A stretch of 53,539 nt of DNA from an uncultured Methyloversatilis sp. Lineage in GTDB: Bacteria > Pseudomonadota > Gammaproteobacteria > Burkholderiales > Rhodocyclaceae. The DNA is taken from the NCBI GenBank assembly GCA_964653505.1, contig CAZZFN010000001.1, positions 1 through 53,539 on the forward strand, read 5' to 3'. Position 1 is the stretch's first letter. Every line of letters begins with the position of its first letter. Below are positions 38,779 to 50,634 of this stretch, one piece after another. The translations under genes and the position numbers were made by a program. The notes below the pieces were generated by a model. That model was not told where the DNA came from. It worked only from the letters and a program-made list of their open reading frames with translations, and searched no databases.

Positions 38779-39579
38779 TCAGGCGGGCAGCGGGGCGGGA
38801 TTGCCCATCGCGGTGGTGTGCGTGCCGCCATCGACATAGAGCACCTCCCCGGTGATCCCGCTGGCGAGGTCGGACAGCAGGAAGGCGGCGGCGTTGCCGA
38901 CCTCCTCGATGGTCACGTTGCGGCGTAACGGCGCGTGGTGGGCGTTGTAGGCGAGCAGCTTGCCGAAATTGCCGATGCCGGAGGCGGCCAGGGTTTTGAT
39001 CGGGCCGGCGGAGAGCGCGTTGGCGCGGATGCCCTGCGGTCCGAGACAGAATGCGAGGTAACGGGTCGCCGCCTCCAGGCTGGCCTTGGCCAATCCCATC
39101 GTGTTGTAGTTGGGCATGGTGCGCTCGGCGCCCAGATAGGTGAGGCAGAGCAGCGCGGGATGGTTGCCTTTCAGCAGGAGCGGGCGCGCGGCCTTGGCGA
39201 GCGCCGGAAAGCTGTAGGAGGATATCTCGTGTGCGATGCGGAAGTTCTCGCGCGAGATGCCGTCGAGGAAATCGCCCTCGATTGCCTCGTTGGGCGCGTA
39301 GGCGATCGAGTGGACGAGGCCGTCCAGACTGTCCCAGCGCCGGGCGAGATGCGCGAAGCAGGCATCGATCTGACCGTCGTCGGCGACATCGACCGGATAG
39401 ACCAGGTCGCTGTCGAACTCGGCGGCGAATTTCTGGAGGCGTTCCAGGAAGCGCTCGTTCTGGTAGGTGAAGGCCAGCTGGGCGCCTTCGCGGTGGCAAG
39501 CTTTGGCGATCCCGTAGGCGATCGACCGATTGGACAACAGGCCGGTGATGAGAATGCGTTTGCCGGCTAAAAACCCCAT
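38779..39579 (-). CDS. fabI: enoyl-ACP reductase
   Basis: [25 protein letters not shown] after [29 protein letters not shown]. Confidence 0.97.
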   Translation of the reverse strand: MGFLAGKRILITGLLSNRSIAYGIAKACHREGAQLAFTYQNERFLERLQKFAAEFDSDLVYPVDVADDGQIDACFAHLARRWDSLDGLVHSIAYAPNEAIEGDFLDGISRENFRIAHEISSYSFPALAKAARPLLLKGNHPALLCLTYLGAERTMPNYNTMGLAKASLEAATRYLAFCLGPQGIRANALSAGPIKTLAASGIGNFGKLLAYNAHHAPLRRNVTIEEVGNAAAFLLSDLASGITGEVLYVDGGTHTTAMGNPAPLPA

Positions 39580-39596
39580 GTCGAATCCTCCCAATG

Positions 39597-39678
39597 ACGT
39601 CGCATCGCCGACCTCGGGCCACCCCGGGTCGATGAAGCACGGACGGCTGCGGTCGGCACGCAAGACGTTTCACGTTAA
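39597..39678 (+). repeat. 82-bp dispersed palindromic repeat, family B copy 2
   Basis: Matches 7806-7887; lies in the intergenic region between fabI and the divergent substrate-binding protein gene. Confidence 0.88.
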
Positions 39679-39728
39679 AGCTTCCGATGCGGCGGGGATT
39701 ATAACGGCGATTCCATTACACTTCGGCC

Positions 39729-41843
39729 ATGCGCTGGCTTCCGCTCCTCCTGTCGTGTCTGGTGCTGACCGCCTGCGGCGCGGCGTGGAACGATCCCTAT
39801 CCGGCTGCCGAGCGCGGCCGCAACATCCTCTATTCGGCTTTCATCGACCGTCCCAAGCATCTCGATCCCGTGCAGTCCTACAGCGCGGACGAAATCGCCT
39901 TCACTGCCCAGATTTACGAGCCGCCCCTGCAGTACCACTACCTGCGCCGTCCCTACGAACTGATTCCCACCACCGCGGCCGTCGTGCCGCAGCCGATTTA
40001 CCTCGATGCCCGCGGCGCCCCCCTGCCGGCCGATGCCGAAGCGCAGCGCATCGCGTTCACCGACTACGTGATCGAGATCAAACCCGGGATTCTCTATCAG
40101 CCGCACCCGGCCTTTGCCGAACAGCCGGCCGACGTTTCCGGCTTCCACCGCCTGGCGGATTTTCCCAACCGCGACACGCGCGAACTGGTGGCGGCCGATT
40201 ACGTCTATGGCATCAAACGGCTGGCCCACCCGCGCCTGCATTCGCCGATCCTCGGCTTGATGGGCGACTACATCGTCGGATTGCAGGAATTCGCCCGATC
40301 GCTGGAGCAGGCCGCTATCGCCCTCCCGCCGGATCGGTGGCTCGACCTGCGCGCGCATGCGCTCGCCGGCGTCGAGGAACTCGACCGCTACCGCTACCGC
40401 ATCCGCATCAAGGGCAAGTATCCCCAGTTCCTCTACTGGCTGACGATGCCCTTCTTCGCGCCGATGCCCTGGGAGGCCGACCGCTTCCATAGCCAGCCGG
40501 GCATGGCGGAGAAGAATCTGACGCTCGACTGGTACCCGATCGGCACCGGGCCCTACATGCTGACCGAAAACAATCCGAACGCGCGCATGGTGCTGGAGAG
40601 GAATCCCAACTTCCGCGGCGAGACCTATCCCTGCGACGGCGAACCCGGCGATGCCGCAGCCGGCCTGCTCGCCGACTGCGGCAAGACCCTGCCGTTCATC
40701 GAGAAGGCGGTGTTTACCCGCGAAAAGGAGCAGATTCCCTACTGGAACAAGTTCCTGCAGGGCTATTACGACGCTTCCGGCATCGCTTCCGACTCGTTCG
40801 ACCAGGCCATTCAGGTCGGTTCCGGCGGCGAGGCGTCCCTGACGCCGGCGATGCAGGCGAAGGGAATCGCGCTGACGACCTCGGTGGCCGCCAGCACGTT
40901 CTACATGGGCTTCAACATGCTCGATCCGCTGGTCGGCGGCAGCACGGAGACGGCGCGCAAATTGCGCCAGGCCATCGCCATCGCCATCGATCAGGAGGAG
41001 TTCATCTCGATCTTCATGAACGGGCGGGGTATCGCGGCGCACAGCCCGATCCCGCCCGGCATCTTCGGCTATCGCGAGGGCAGGGCGGGAATCAATCCCG
41101 CGGTGTATGACTGGACGGAGGGCGGAGCACGGCGCAAGGAGATCGCGGCGGCGCGGCGCCTGCTGGCGGAGGCCGGCTGGCCGAACGGACGCAATGCCCG
41201 CACCGGCGAGCCGCTGATCGTGCACCTCGACACCACGGCGACCGGCGTGGGCGCCAAGGCGCGCATCGACTGGCTGCACAAGCAGTTCAGCAAGATCGAC
41301 ACGCAACTCGTGGTGCGCAGCACCGATTACAACCGCTTCCAGGAGAAGGTGCGCAAGGGCGCGGTGCAGCTGTTCTACTACGGCTGGAATGCCGACTACC
41401 CCGATCCGGAAAACTTCCTGTTCCTGCTGCACGGGCCGCAGGGCAAGAACCGGTTCGAAGGGCAGAATGCCGCGAATTATGCAAATGCGGAATACGACAC
41501 GCTGTTCGAGAAGATGCGTGCGATGGAGAGCGGCCCGGAGCGACAGGCGATCATCGACCGCATGCTGAAGATACTCCAGGAGGACAGCCCCTGGGTCTGG
41601 GGCTTTCATCCCAAGGACTACAGCCTGCGCCATGGCTGGCTGCTGAACCGCAAGCCGACCAAGATCGCCAACAACACGCTGAAATACCAGCGCATCGACG
41701 CCGAGCGGCGGCGGCAACTGCGGGACGCATGGAACCGGCCGGTTCTCTGGCCGCTGCTGCTGCTTGCCGGGATTCTGGCGGCGCTCGCCTTGCCGGCGAT
41801 CGTCGGGCACCGGCGCCGCGAATCCGCGACTGCCGGGAAATGA
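39729..41843 (+). CDS. ABC peptide-type substrate-binding lipoprotein (family 5)
   Basis: Lipobox LTAC; HLDP, IGTGPY, GWNADYPDPENFL; C-terminal transmembrane segment. Confidence 0.88.
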   Translation: MRWLPLLLSCLVLTACGAAWNDPYPAAERGRNILYSAFIDRPKHLDPVQSYSADEIAFTAQIYEPPLQYHYLRRPYELIPTTAAVVPQPIYLDARGAPLPADAEAQRIAFTDYVIEIKPGILYQPHPAFAEQPADVSGFHRLADFPNRDTRELVAADYVYGIKRLAHPRLHSPILGLMGDYIVGLQEFARSLEQAAIALPPDRWLDLRAHALAGVEELDRYRYRIRIKGKYPQFLYWLTMPFFAPMPWEADRFHSQPGMAEKNLTLDWYPIGTGPYMLTENNPNARMVLERNPNFRGETYPCDGEPGDAAAGLLADCGKTLPFIEKAVFTREKEQIPYWNKFLQGYYDASGIASDSFDQAIQVGSGGEASLTPAMQAKGIALTTSVAASTFYMGFNMLDPLVGGSTETARKLRQAIAIAIDQEEFISIFMNGRGIAAHSPIPPGIFGYREGRAGINPAVYDWTEGGARRKEIAAARRLLAEAGWPNGRNARTGEPLIVHLDTTATGVGAKARIDWLHKQFSKIDTQLVVRSTDYNRFQEKVRKGAVQLFYYGWNADYPDPENFLFLLHGPQGKNRFEGQNAANYANAEYDTLFEKMRAMESGPERQAIIDRMLKILQEDSPWVWGFHPKDYSLRHGWLLNRKPTKIANNTLKYQRIDAERRRQLRDAWNRPVLWPLLLLAGILAALALPAIVGHRRRESATAGK

Positions 41844-42551
41844 TCAGGCGGGTCGAGTCGTCCGCATCAGGTAATTGACGCTCGTATCGCCGCCTAGCGA
41901 GTAGGTCTGCATCAGCGGGTTGTAGCTCATGCCGACGATTTCCTCGACATTCAGCCCGGCCTGGCGGCAGAAGCGGGCGAGCTCCGCCGGGCGCAGGAAC
42001 TTGGCGTAATCGTGCGTGCCCTTGGGCAGCAGCCTGAGGATGTATTCCGCACCGATCACCGCGAACAGGTAGGACTTCGGGTTGCGGTTGATCGTGGAGA
42101 AGAACACCTGTCCGCCCGGCCTGACCAGGCGGGCGCAGGCAGCGACCGTCGACGCGGGGTCGGGCACGTGTTCGAGCATTTCCAGACAGGTGACGACATC
42201 GAAGTTTGCCGGCATTTCGTCCGCCAGGGCTTCGGCGGAAACCAACCGGTAATCGACCTCGCGCCCGCTTTCGTGCAGGTGCAGGGTGGCGACCGCCAGC
42301 GGCTTTTCCGACATGTCGATCCCCATGACGTTGGCGCCGAGGGCGGCCATGCCTTCGCTGAGCAGGCCGCCGCCGCAGCCGACGTCGAGAACCTTCCTGC
42401 CGGCCAGGCCGACGCAGCGATCGATCCAGCCCAGCCGCAGGGGGTTGATGTCATGCAGCGGCTTGAACTCGGAATGCGGGTCCCACCAGCGATGGGCCAG
42501 TTCGCCGAATTTGGCGAGTTCCTGCGGGTCGAAGTTCGCGGTGGCGCTCAT
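41844..42551 (-). CDS. ubiG: ubiquinone biosynthesis O-methyltransferase
   Basis: [37 protein letters not shown]. Confidence 0.97.
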   Translation of the reverse strand: MSATANFDPQELAKFGELAHRWWDPHSEFKPLHDINPLRLGWIDRCVGLAGRKVLDVGCGGGLLSEGMAALGANVMGIDMSEKPLAVATLHLHESGREVDYRLVSAEALADEMPANFDVVTCLEMLEHVPDPASTVAACARLVRPGGQVFFSTINRNPKSYLFAVIGAEYILRLLPKGTHDYAKFLRPAELARFCRQAGLNVEEIVGMSYNPLMQTYSLGGDTSVNYLMRTTRPA

Positions 42552-42570
42552 CGTGGACGCTCCGGAAAAG

Positions 42571-42597
42571 GAAAAGCCCTGCGGGGCAGGGCTTTTC
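42571..42597 (-). terminator. terminator downstream of ompA
   Basis: GAAAAGCCCTGC-GGG-GCAGGGCTTTTC. Confidence 0.8.
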
Positions 42598-42615
42598 GGA
42601 CCAAGGAAACCCCGA

Positions 42616-43305
42616 TCAGTTCTGCGTGCCGATCACTTCGATCTCGACGCGACGGTCGGGCTGCAGGCACTCGATCAGCTTCTTGGTCTTGACGACGCTC
42701 TTGCCGCACTTGTCCCCGGTGACCGGCTGCTTCTCGCCCTTACCTTCGGCGTAGATGCGGTTGGCTTCGACGCCCTTGCCGACCAGGTAGTCCTTGACGG
42801 CAGCGGCGCGGCGCTCGGACAGCTTCTGGTTGTACTGATCCGTGCCGATGCGGTCGGCGTGGCCGACGGCGATGATCACCTCGAGCTTGATCGCCCTCAT
42901 GTCATTGACGAGCTTGTCCAGGGTGGCCCTGCCTTCGGGACGCAGCACCGCCTTGTCGAAGTCGAACAGCGTGTCGGCGGCGAGCGTCACTTTTTTCGCG
43001 GCGGGCCGGGGAGCCGGCGCAGGGGCCGGCGCGGGGGCAGGGGCAGGGGCGGGGGGAGGAGCCACGGCCGGCGCAGGCTTCTTGGGTACCAGGTCGGGAT
43101 CGCACTCGGCGATCGCCATGGCGGGGGTCCAGTAACCGGTGCGCCAGCACAGGCCGGCGCCGCTCTTGGCGACGAAGCCGCGCTGATCGACGACATAGCC
43201 TACCGTGCCCTTCAGGTCGACGCCCGGGGTCTGGGCATGTGCGGCGGCGCCGATACCCACCAGGGCGGCGGTCATCAGGATATTCTTGGTGACGAGTTTG
43301 ATCAT
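42616..43305 (-). CDS. ompA: OmpA/RmpM-family protein
   Basis: Signal peptide, CWRTGYW, PA-rich linker, [25 protein letters not shown]. Confidence 0.92.
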   Translation of the reverse strand: MIKLVTKNILMTAALVGIGAAAHAQTPGVDLKGTVGYVVDQRGFVAKSGAGLCWRTGYWTPAMAIAECDPDLVPKKPAPAVAPPPAPAPAPAPAPAPAPRPAAKKVTLAADTLFDFDKAVLRPEGRATLDKLVNDMRAIKLEVIIAVGHADRIGTDQYNQKLSERRAAAVKDYLVGKGVEANRIYAEGKGEKQPVTGDKCGKSVVKTKKLIECLQPDRRVEIEVIGTQN

Positions 43306-43320
43306 GATTTCCCTTCCCGT

Positions 43321-44664
43321 TTAGCGTTCATTGGACAATTCATTCTGCCACATCTTGGTTCTTTCCAGCAAGACGGAAATCCCCGCATCGACCGGTTTTC
43401 TGTCTTCGATTCGCAACTTGCCGGCCACCCAGACATGGGTGACCTGCTCCCTGCCTGCTGCGTAGACCATCTGGGATACCGCATCGTAGCACGGCTGCAA
43501 TTCCCAGTCGGTCAGTCGCAGGGCGAACAAGTCGGCAGCCTTGCCCGGCGTCAGCGAGCCGATCTCCCCGTCCAGACCCAGCGCCCGGGCGCCGTCCAGG
43601 GTGGCCATGCGCAGCGCCTGGTGAGCGGGCAGGCAGGCCGGATTTGCGCTCCCGAGCTTGGCCAGCAAGGCGGCATGGCGCATTTCCTGCAGCAGGTCGA
43701 GGCGGTTGTTGCTGGCGGCGCCGTCGCTGCCCAGCCCGATGCCGATGCCCCGTGCCAGCATCCTGCCGACCGGGGCAAGCCCGCTGGCGAGCTTCATGTT
43801 CGAGGTCGGGCAGTGGGCGACATGACAACCCTGGCTGCCCAGCAGTTCGATATCGTCGTCATTCAGATGCGCCGCGTGCACGGCGATCATGCCCGGGCCG
43901 AGCAGGCCGAGCCGATGCAGTCGCGTCAGGGGACGCACGCCATGCTCCCTGAGGCTGCCGGCGATTTCGTCCTCGGTTTCATGAATGTGGATGTGGATGG
44001 GCAGGTCGATCTGGCCGGCGAGCAGGGCGATCCGTTCGAAGGTCCGGTCGGCGACGGTATAGGGGGCGTGCGGGGCGAGACAGAAGGAAATCAGGGCTTC
44101 GTCGCGCAGCATGTCGCGCGTGGCCAGGCCCTTGCTCAGGTAATCCTCCGCATCGCTGCCGTAGGCGCTGGGAAACTCGAAGACGGTGATCCCCAGGGCG
44201 GCGCGCATGCCCGACTCGAGTGCCGCCGTCGCAGCGGCCTCGGGAAAAAAATACATGTCGTTGAAGCAGGTAATGCCGCCGCGCAGCATTTCCCAGCAGG
44301 CGAGCAGGGTGCCGTCATGGACGAAAGCGGGGGAGACGTGGCGGCTTTCGGCCGGCCAGATGCGTTCGTGCAGCCAGCGCATCAGGGGCATGTCGTCGGC
44401 GTAGCCGCGCAGCAGGGCCATGGCGGCATGGGTGTGCAGGTTGACCAGGCCGGGGAGCACCAGGTGATCGGTCAGCGCGAAACGCCGCCGCGGCACGAAA
44501 CGTTCGGGAACCTTTTCGGTCGGCAGCAGGGCGAGGATCCGGCCCTGGTGGATCGCCAGACTGTGATGTTCGAGCACCGTGTCGGCCGGTTCGACCGGAA
44601 CGATCCAGCGGGCATCGACGATCTGGTCGATGGGCTGCGGCGCAGGTGAGGAATGCAGGGCCAT
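43321..44664 (-). CDS. TRZ/ATZ amidohydrolase (MTA/SAH deaminase-like)
   Basis: PGLVNLHTH, PHAPY, HIHET, HCPTSNMKLASG, GSDG. Confidence 0.9.
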   Translation of the reverse strand: MALHSSPAPQPIDQIVDARWIVPVEPADTVLEHHSLAIHQGRILALLPTEKVPERFVPRRRFALTDHLVLPGLVNLHTHAAMALLRGYADDMPLMRWLHERIWPAESRHVSPAFVHDGTLLACWEMLRGGITCFNDMYFFPEAAATAALESGMRAALGITVFEFPSAYGSDAEDYLSKGLATRDMLRDEALISFCLAPHAPYTVADRTFERIALLAGQIDLPIHIHIHETEDEIAGSLREHGVRPLTRLHRLGLLGPGMIAVHAAHLNDDDIELLGSQGCHVAHCPTSNMKLASGLAPVGRMLARGIGIGLGSDGAASNNRLDLLQEMRHAALLAKLGSANPACLPAHQALRMATLDGARALGLDGEIGSLTPGKAADLFALRLTDWELQPCYDAVSQMVYAAGREQVTHVWVAGKLRIEDRKPVDAGISVLLERTKMWQNELSNER

Positions 44665-44719
44665 GAATGCTAAAATCGGCGTTTTTCGGAAGCGTCCATT
44701 CTAACGGGCAAGCCAGTCC

Positions 44720-47278
44720 ATGACATCCGCTGCAACTCCTGCATTCGCCAAGGAAACCCTGCCCGTCAGCCTCGAAGAGGAAATGCGCCATTCCTATCTC
44801 GATTACGCGATGAGCGTGATCGTCGGGCGGGCGCTGCCGGATGCGCGCGACGGCCTCAAGCCCGTGCATCGGCGCGTGCTGTTCGCCATGCACGAGCTCA
44901 ACAACGACTGGAACCGGCCCTACAAGAAATCGGCGCGCATCGTCGGCGATGTCATCGGTAAATACCACCCGCACGGCGACACGGCGGTCTATGACACCAT
45001 CGTGCGCATGGCGCAGGACTTTTCGCTGCGCTACATGCTGGTCGACGGCCAGGGCAACTTCGGTTCGGTCGATGGCGACAACGCGGCGGCGATGCGTTAC
45101 ACCGAAGTGCGCATGGCGAAGATCGGCCACGAGCTGCTGGCCGACATCGAGAAGGAAACGGTCGATTTCGGCCCGAACTACGACGGTTCCGAGAAGGAGC
45201 CGCTGGTGCTGCCGGCCAGGATTCCCAACCTGCTCATCAACGGCAGCGCGGGCATCGCGGTGGGCATGGCGACCAACATTCCGCCGCACAACCTGAACGA
45301 GGTCATCGAGGGTTGCCTGGCGCTGCTCGACAATCCGTCCATCGACATCGAGGAGCTCATCAGGATCGTCCCGGCCCCCGATTTTCCGACCGCCGGGCTG
45401 ATCTACGGCGTCTCCGGCGTCAGGGAAGGTTATCTGACCGGTCGCGGCCGCGTCATCATGCGCGCCAGAACGCATGTCGAGGATCTGGAACGCGGCGGCA
45501 AGCAGGCCATCGTCGTCGACGAGCTGCCCTACCAGGTCAACAAGAAGACCCTGCAGGAAAAGATCGCCGAGCTGGTCAATGAAAAGAAGATCGAGGGCAT
45601 CGCCCACATCCAGGACGAATCCGACAAGTCCGGCATGCGCCTCGTCATCGAGCTGAAGAAGGGCGAAGTGCCCGAGGTCGTCCTCAACAACCTGTTCAAG
45701 CAGACGCAGCTGCAGGACACTTTCGGCATGAACATGGTGGCGCTGGTCGATGGCCGCCCGCAGCTGCTGAACCTGAAGCAACTCCTGGAATGCTTCCTCT
45801 CGCACCGCCGCGAGGTGGCGACGCGGCGCACCGTGTTCGAGCTTCGTAAGGCGCGCGAGCGCGGCCATGTGCTCGAGGGTCTGGCCGTCGCGCTGTCGAA
45901 TGTGGACGAGATCATCGCCCTCATCAAGGCCGCGCCGACGCCGGCGGACGCCAAACGCGAGCTGATGGCGCGCACCTGGCGCTCCGCCCTGGTCGAGGAG
46001 ATGCTGCTGCGCGCCTCGGCCGAAGCCTCGCGCCCCGAGGGGCTGGCACCGCAGTTCGGCCTCTCAAGGCGCGGCTATCTGCTCTCCGACGTGCAGGCCC
46101 AGGCGATTCTGGAGTTGAGATTGCAGCGCCTCACCGGGCTGGAGCAGGACAAGATCGTCGCCGAATACAAGGAGGTGATGGATCTCATCACCGATCTGCT
46201 CGACATCCTGGCGCGGCCCGAGCGCATCACCCAGATCATCGCCGACGAACTGTCCGCCATCAAGACGCAGTTCGGCGACAAACGGCGCTCCGAGATCGTC
46301 TTGCAGACCGCCGACATCAATCTGGAAGACCTGATCGCCCGCGAGGACATGGTGGTGACGCTCTCGCATGCCGGCTACATCAAGCGCCAGAGCCTCGACG
46401 ATTACCGAACCCAAAGACATGGCGGGCGCGGCAAGAAGGCGGCGGACATCAAGGACGAGGATTTCGTCGACCGCCTCTTCATCGCCAACACGCACGACAC
46501 CATCCTGTGCTTCTCGAACCGCGGGCGCGTCTATTGGCTCAAGGTCTATGAGGTTCCCGAAGGCGCCCGCATCTCGCGGGGGAAACCCATCGTCAATCTC
46601 TTCCCGCTCGAGGAGGGCGAGAAGATCACTGCCGTCCTGCCGACGCCGACTTTCGACGAGAGCCATTTCGTCTTCATGGCCACCGCCATGGGCACGGTCA
46701 AGAAGACTCCCCTCGCCGACTTCGCCAATCCGAGGAAGGCCGGCATCATCGCGGTGAATCTGGACGAGGGCGACTACCTGATCGGCGTGAATATCACCGA
46801 CGGCCAATGCGACGTGATGCTGTTCTCCGATGCTGGCAAGGCAGTGCGTTTCGCCGAGGACGATGTCCGCCCGATGGGGCGCGCGGCGCGCGGGGTGCGC
46901 GGCATGATGCTGGAGGATGGTCAGACGGTCATCTGCATGCTGGTGGCGCAGGACGAGCGCCTGAACGTGCTGACCGCCACCGAGAACGGCTACGGCAAGC
47001 GCACGCCGATCGCCGACTACACCAAGCACGGGCGCGGCACCAAGGGCATGATCGCCATCCAGACTTCGGAGCGCAACGGCCCGGTGGTCGGCGCGGTGCT
47101 GGTCGAGGAGGGCGACGAGGTGATGCTGATTTCCACCGGCGGCGTGCTGATCAGAAGCCGCGTCGATCAGGTGCGCGAAACCGGCCGCTCGGCGCAGGGC
47201 GTGCGCCTCATCAATCTGGATGACGGCACCAAGCTGGCCGGCATCGAAAAGGTTATCGAAACCGACGAAGGGGAGTGA
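44720..47278 (+). CDS. gyrA: DNA gyrase subunit A
   Basis: [22 protein letters not shown], GyrA-box QRHGGRG. Confidence 0.99.
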   Translation: MTSAATPAFAKETLPVSLEEEMRHSYLDYAMSVIVGRALPDARDGLKPVHRRVLFAMHELNNDWNRPYKKSARIVGDVIGKYHPHGDTAVYDTIVRMAQDFSLRYMLVDGQGNFGSVDGDNAAAMRYTEVRMAKIGHELLADIEKETVDFGPNYDGSEKEPLVLPARIPNLLINGSAGIAVGMATNIPPHNLNEVIEGCLALLDNPSIDIEELIRIVPAPDFPTAGLIYGVSGVREGYLTGRGRVIMRARTHVEDLERGGKQAIVVDELPYQVNKKTLQEKIAELVNEKKIEGIAHIQDESDKSGMRLVIELKKGEVPEVVLNNLFKQTQLQDTFGMNMVALVDGRPQLLNLKQLLECFLSHRREVATRRTVFELRKARERGHVLEGLAVALSNVDEIIALIKAAPTPADAKRELMARTWRSALVEEMLLRASAEASRPEGLAPQFGLSRRGYLLSDVQAQAILELRLQRLTGLEQDKIVAEYKEVMDLITDLLDILARPERITQIIADELSAIKTQFGDKRRSEIVLQTADINLEDLIAREDMVVTLSHAGYIKRQSLDDYRTQRHGGRGKKAADIKDEDFVDRLFIANTHDTILCFSNRGRVYWLKVYEVPEGARISRGKPIVNLFPLEEGEKITAVLPTPTFDESHFVFMATAMGTVKKTPLADFANPRKAGIIAVNLDEGDYLIGVNITDGQCDVMLFSDAGKAVRFAEDDVRPMGRAARGVRGMMLEDGQTVICMLVAQDERLNVLTATENGYGKRTPIADYTKHGRGTKGMIAIQTSERNGPVVGAVLVEEGDEVMLISTGGVLIRSRVDQVRETGRSAQGVRLINLDDGTKLAGIEKVIETDEGE

Positions 47279-47283
47279 TCGCA

Positions 47284-48366
47284 ATGGCACGAGTATTCAA
47301 TTTCAGCGCCGGCCCCGCCGCGCTGCCCGAAGAGGTGTTGCAGCAGGCCGCCGCCGAGATGGTGGATTGGCACGGGGCCGGTTGCTCCGTGATGGAGATG
47401 AGCCATCGCGGCAAGGAATTCATGGGCATCGCCGCCCAGGCCGAGGCCGACCTGCGCGAGCTGATGGGCATTCCGGCGAACTACAAGGTGCTGTTCCTGC
47501 AGGGCGGCGCCTCGCTGCAGTTCGAGATGATCCCGATCAACCTGCTCGCCGGCCGGGCCGCGGCCGACTATGTGCATACCGGCGAGTGGGCCAAGAAGGC
47601 CATCAAGGCCGCCAAGACCTTCTGCAACGTCAATGTCGCCGCCAGCGCCGAGGACAAGAGCTTTACCTACGCGCCGGCCTTCGCCGACTGGAAGCTGACC
47701 AAGGACGCCGCCTACGTCCATTACACCGCCAACGAGACCATCGGCGGCGTGGAATTCCACTGGACGCCCGAGACGGGCGACGTGCCTTTGGTCTGCGACA
47801 TGTCCTCGAACATTCTGTCCAGGCCGATCGAGGTCGGCAAATATGGCCTGATCTACGCCGGCGCGCAGAAGAACATCGGGCCGGCCGGCCTGACCATCGT
47901 CATCGTGCGCGAGGACCTGGTCGGCAAGGCCCAGCCGACCCCGCCGGCGATGCTCGACTACAAGATCCACGCCGACGCCGGATCGATGTACAACACGCCG
48001 CCGACCTACGGCATCTACATCGCCGGCCTGGTGTTCCAGTGGCTGAAGAAGAACGGCGGCGTCGCCGCGATGGAGCAGAAGAATATCGAGAAAGCCAACC
48101 TGCTCTACAACTATCTCGATACCACCGGCTTCTACCGCAACCCGGTGGCCAAGGCGGACCGTTCGCGCATGAACATCCCCTTCACGCTCAAGGATGCCGC
48201 ACTGGACGAAGAGTTTCTCAAGGGCGCCAAGGCGCGCGGCATGGTGCAACTGAAGGGCCACCGCTCGGTGGGCGGCATGCGCGCCTCGATCTACAACGCC
48301 ATGCCCCTCGCGGGCGTGCAGGCGCTGGTCGACTACCTGTGCGAATTCGAGAAACGCCATGGCTGA
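47284..48366 (+). CDS. serC: phosphoserine aminotransferase
   Basis: [36 protein letters not shown]. Confidence 0.98.
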   Translation: MARVFNFSAGPAALPEEVLQQAAAEMVDWHGAGCSVMEMSHRGKEFMGIAAQAEADLRELMGIPANYKVLFLQGGASLQFEMIPINLLAGRAAADYVHTGEWAKKAIKAAKTFCNVNVAASAEDKSFTYAPAFADWKLTKDAAYVHYTANETIGGVEFHWTPETGDVPLVCDMSSNILSRPIEVGKYGLIYAGAQKNIGPAGLTIVIVREDLVGKAQPTPPAMLDYKIHADAGSMYNTPPTYGIYIAGLVFQWLKKNGGVAAMEQKNIEKANLLYNYLDTTGFYRNPVAKADRSRMNIPFTLKDAALDEEFLKGAKARGMVQLKGHRSVGGMRASIYNAMPLAGVQALVDYLCEFEKRHG

Positions 48367-49540
48367 CCCATTCAAGGTTCTCGTTCTCAACAATGTCTCG
48401 CTGACCGGACTCAGACGCCTGGGCGAGCGCTTCGTCTGCGCCAAGGAGCTGGCCGATCCCGACGCGATCCTGTTGCGCTCGGCCGACCTGCGCGGCGTCG
48501 AGATCGCCCAATCCGTGCTGGCCATCGGCCGTGCCGGCTCCGGCACCAACAACATCCCGGTGGCGGAGATGAGCAAGCGCGGCGTACCGGTGTTCAATGC
48601 GCCGGGCGCCAACGCCAATGCGGTCAAGGAGCTGGTGCTGGCCGGCATGCTGCTGGCGGCGCGCAACATCGGCGGCGCGCTGAAGTTCGTTGCCGCACTC
48701 GATCCGGCCGATGCCGAGATGGAGAAGAAAGTGGAGGCCGGCAAGAAGGCTTATGCAGGTTACGAGCTGGCCGGTCACACGCTGGGCGTGGTGGGCCTGG
48801 GCAAGATCGGCTGCCTGGTCGCGGATGCGGCCATCAAGCTCGGCATGAACGTGATCGGCTTCGACCCCGAAATCACCGTCGATGCGGCCTGGAGCCTGCC
48901 GGCGCAGGTGAGGAAGGCCAACTCGCTCGTCGAGGTGCTGAAGAACAGCCATTTCGTCAGCCTGCACGTGCCCCTGGTGGACGCCACGCGCAGGATGGTC
49001 GATGCCGACAGCGCGAAGCTCATGAAGCACGGCGCGGTGTTGCTCAATTTCTCGCGCGAGGGCGTGGTCGACGAAGCGGCAGTGCTGGCCGCCCTGGAGG
49101 CGAAGCAGATCGCCGCGTATGTCTGCGACTTTCCCAGCAAGCATGTCAATCGCCACCCGCAGGTCGTCGCCCTGCCACACCTGGGCGCCTCGACACGCGA
49201 GGCCGAGGAAAACTGCGCGATCATGGTCGCCGACCAGGTGCGCGACTACCTGCTGGACGGCAACATCGTCAATGCGGTCAACTTCCCGAATGTGGTCATG
49301 CCGCGCGAGTCGGCCTTCCGGGTCGCCATCGCCAACGCCAACGTGCCGAACATGGTCGGGCAGATCACCGCCGCCATGGCCGAAGCCAAGCTCAATATCC
49401 ACAACATGATGAACAAGTCGAGAAAGGATGTCGCCTACACCCTCGTCGATGTGGATAGCCCGGCGCCGGGGAAGGTGATCGATGCGATCGCCAGGATCGA
49501 CGGCGTGCTCGCCGTGCGCTACCTGCCGCGGGAAGCCTGA
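48359..49540 (+). CDS. serA: D-3-phosphoglycerate dehydrogenase (ACT-containing)
   Basis: [27 protein letters not shown]-terminal ACT domain; follows serC. Confidence 0.85.
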   Translation: MADPFKVLVLNNVSLTGLRRLGERFVCAKELADPDAILLRSADLRGVEIAQSVLAIGRAGSGTNNIPVAEMSKRGVPVFNAPGANANAVKELVLAGMLLAARNIGGALKFVAALDPADAEMEKKVEAGKKAYAGYELAGHTLGVVGLGKIGCLVADAAIKLGMNVIGFDPEITVDAAWSLPAQVRKANSLVEVLKNSHFVSLHVPLVDATRRMVDADSAKLMKHGAVLLNFSREGVVDEAAVLAALEAKQIAAYVCDFPSKHVNRHPQVVALPHLGASTREAEENCAIMVADQVRDYLLDGNIVNAVNFPNVVMPRESAFRVAIANANVPNMVGQITAAMAEAKLNIHNMMNKSRKDVAYTLVDVDSPAPGKVIDAIARIDGVLAVRYLPREA

Positions 49541-50634
49541 TGGCCGATTCCTCGCAGCAGGCGCAGGAGGAACTCGGCAGGCTGCGCGACGGCATCGACC
49601 GCATCGACGGCGAGGTGCTGCGCCTGCTGTCGGAGCGGGCGCAGCTGGCGCAGCGCGTCGGCGCAATCAAGCACGGCAACATCTATCGCCCGGAACGCGA
49701 GGCGCAGGTGCTGCGGCGCATCGCGCAAACCAACCCCGGCCCGCTGCCGGAGGCGGCGGTGCGCACGATTTTCCGCGAGGTGATGTCGGCCTGCCTGGCG
49801 CTGGAACAACCCCTGAAGGTCGCCTATTTCGGCCCGGCCGGGACATTTACCGAGTCGGCCGCCAAGAAGCATTTCGGCTCGGCGCCGACCTTCACGCCCT
49901 GCCTCACCATCGACGACGTGTTCCGCGCCGTCGAGGCGGGGCAGGTCGATTACGGCGTGGTGCCGATCGAGAACTCGACCGAGGGTTCGGTCGGTCGCAC
50001 GCTCGACCAGATGCTCACTTCCCCGCTCGTGATCTGCGGCGAGATTCAGATGGGCATTCATCACAACCTGATGACGAAGGCCCCGACCCTCGTCGGGCTC
50101 AAGCGGCTGTATTCCCATGCCCAATCGCTGGCCCAATGCCATGAATGGATCGATCGCCATCTGCCGGCCATCGGGCGTGTGCCGGTGGCAAGCAACGCCG
50201 AGGCGGCGCGCATGGCGGCACAAGATCCGGAAGCCTGCGCCATCGCCGGCGAGGCGGCGGCGCGCTTGTATGAGCTTGACATCCTCGCAGCCAACATCGA
50301 GGACGATCCGAACAACACCACCCGCTTCGTGGTTCTCTCGACTCACGATGCCGGGCCGTCCGGACGCGACAAGACCTCCTTCGTCTGTTCCGCGCAGAAC
50401 AGGCCCGGCGCGGTGCACGACTTGCTGACGCCGTTGAAGGAACATGGCGTGTCGATGTCGCGCTTCGAATCGCGCCCCGCGCGCGGCTTCGGCAATTCGC
50501 GCTGGGAGTATGTGTTTTTCATCGACATCGACGGCCATCGCACCGATCCGGCGGTGGCCGCCGCGCTGGACGACCTGCGCGGCTGCGTCGGGTTCCTCAA
50601 GGAATTGGGTTCCTATCCGCGGGCGGCCCCATGA
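49540..50634 (+). CDS. pheA: chorismate mutase/prephenate dehydratase
   Basis: LRDGIDRID, PIENSTEG, NTTRF, ESRP. Confidence 0.97.
   Translation: MADSSQQAQEELGRLRDGIDRIDGEVLRLLSERAQLAQRVGAIKHGNIYRPEREAQVLRRIAQTNPGPLPEAAVRTIFREVMSACLALEQPLKVAYFGPAGTFTESAAKKHFGSAPTFTPCLTIDDVFRAVEAGQVDYGVVPIENSTEGSVGRTLDQMLTSPLVICGEIQMGIHHNLMTKAPTLVGLKRLYSHAQSLAQCHEWIDRHLPAIGRVPVASNAEAARMAAQDPEACAIAGEAAARLYELDILAANIEDDPNNTTRFVVLSTHDAGPSGRDKTSFVCSAQNRPGAVHDLLTPLKEHGVSMSRFESRPARGFGNSRWEYVFFIDIDGHRTDPAVAAALDDLRGCVGFLKELGSYPRAAP

Noticed and set aside
43010..43075. GGGGCA/GGCGC repeats in ompA
   Set aside because: Ordinary Pro-Ala linker.
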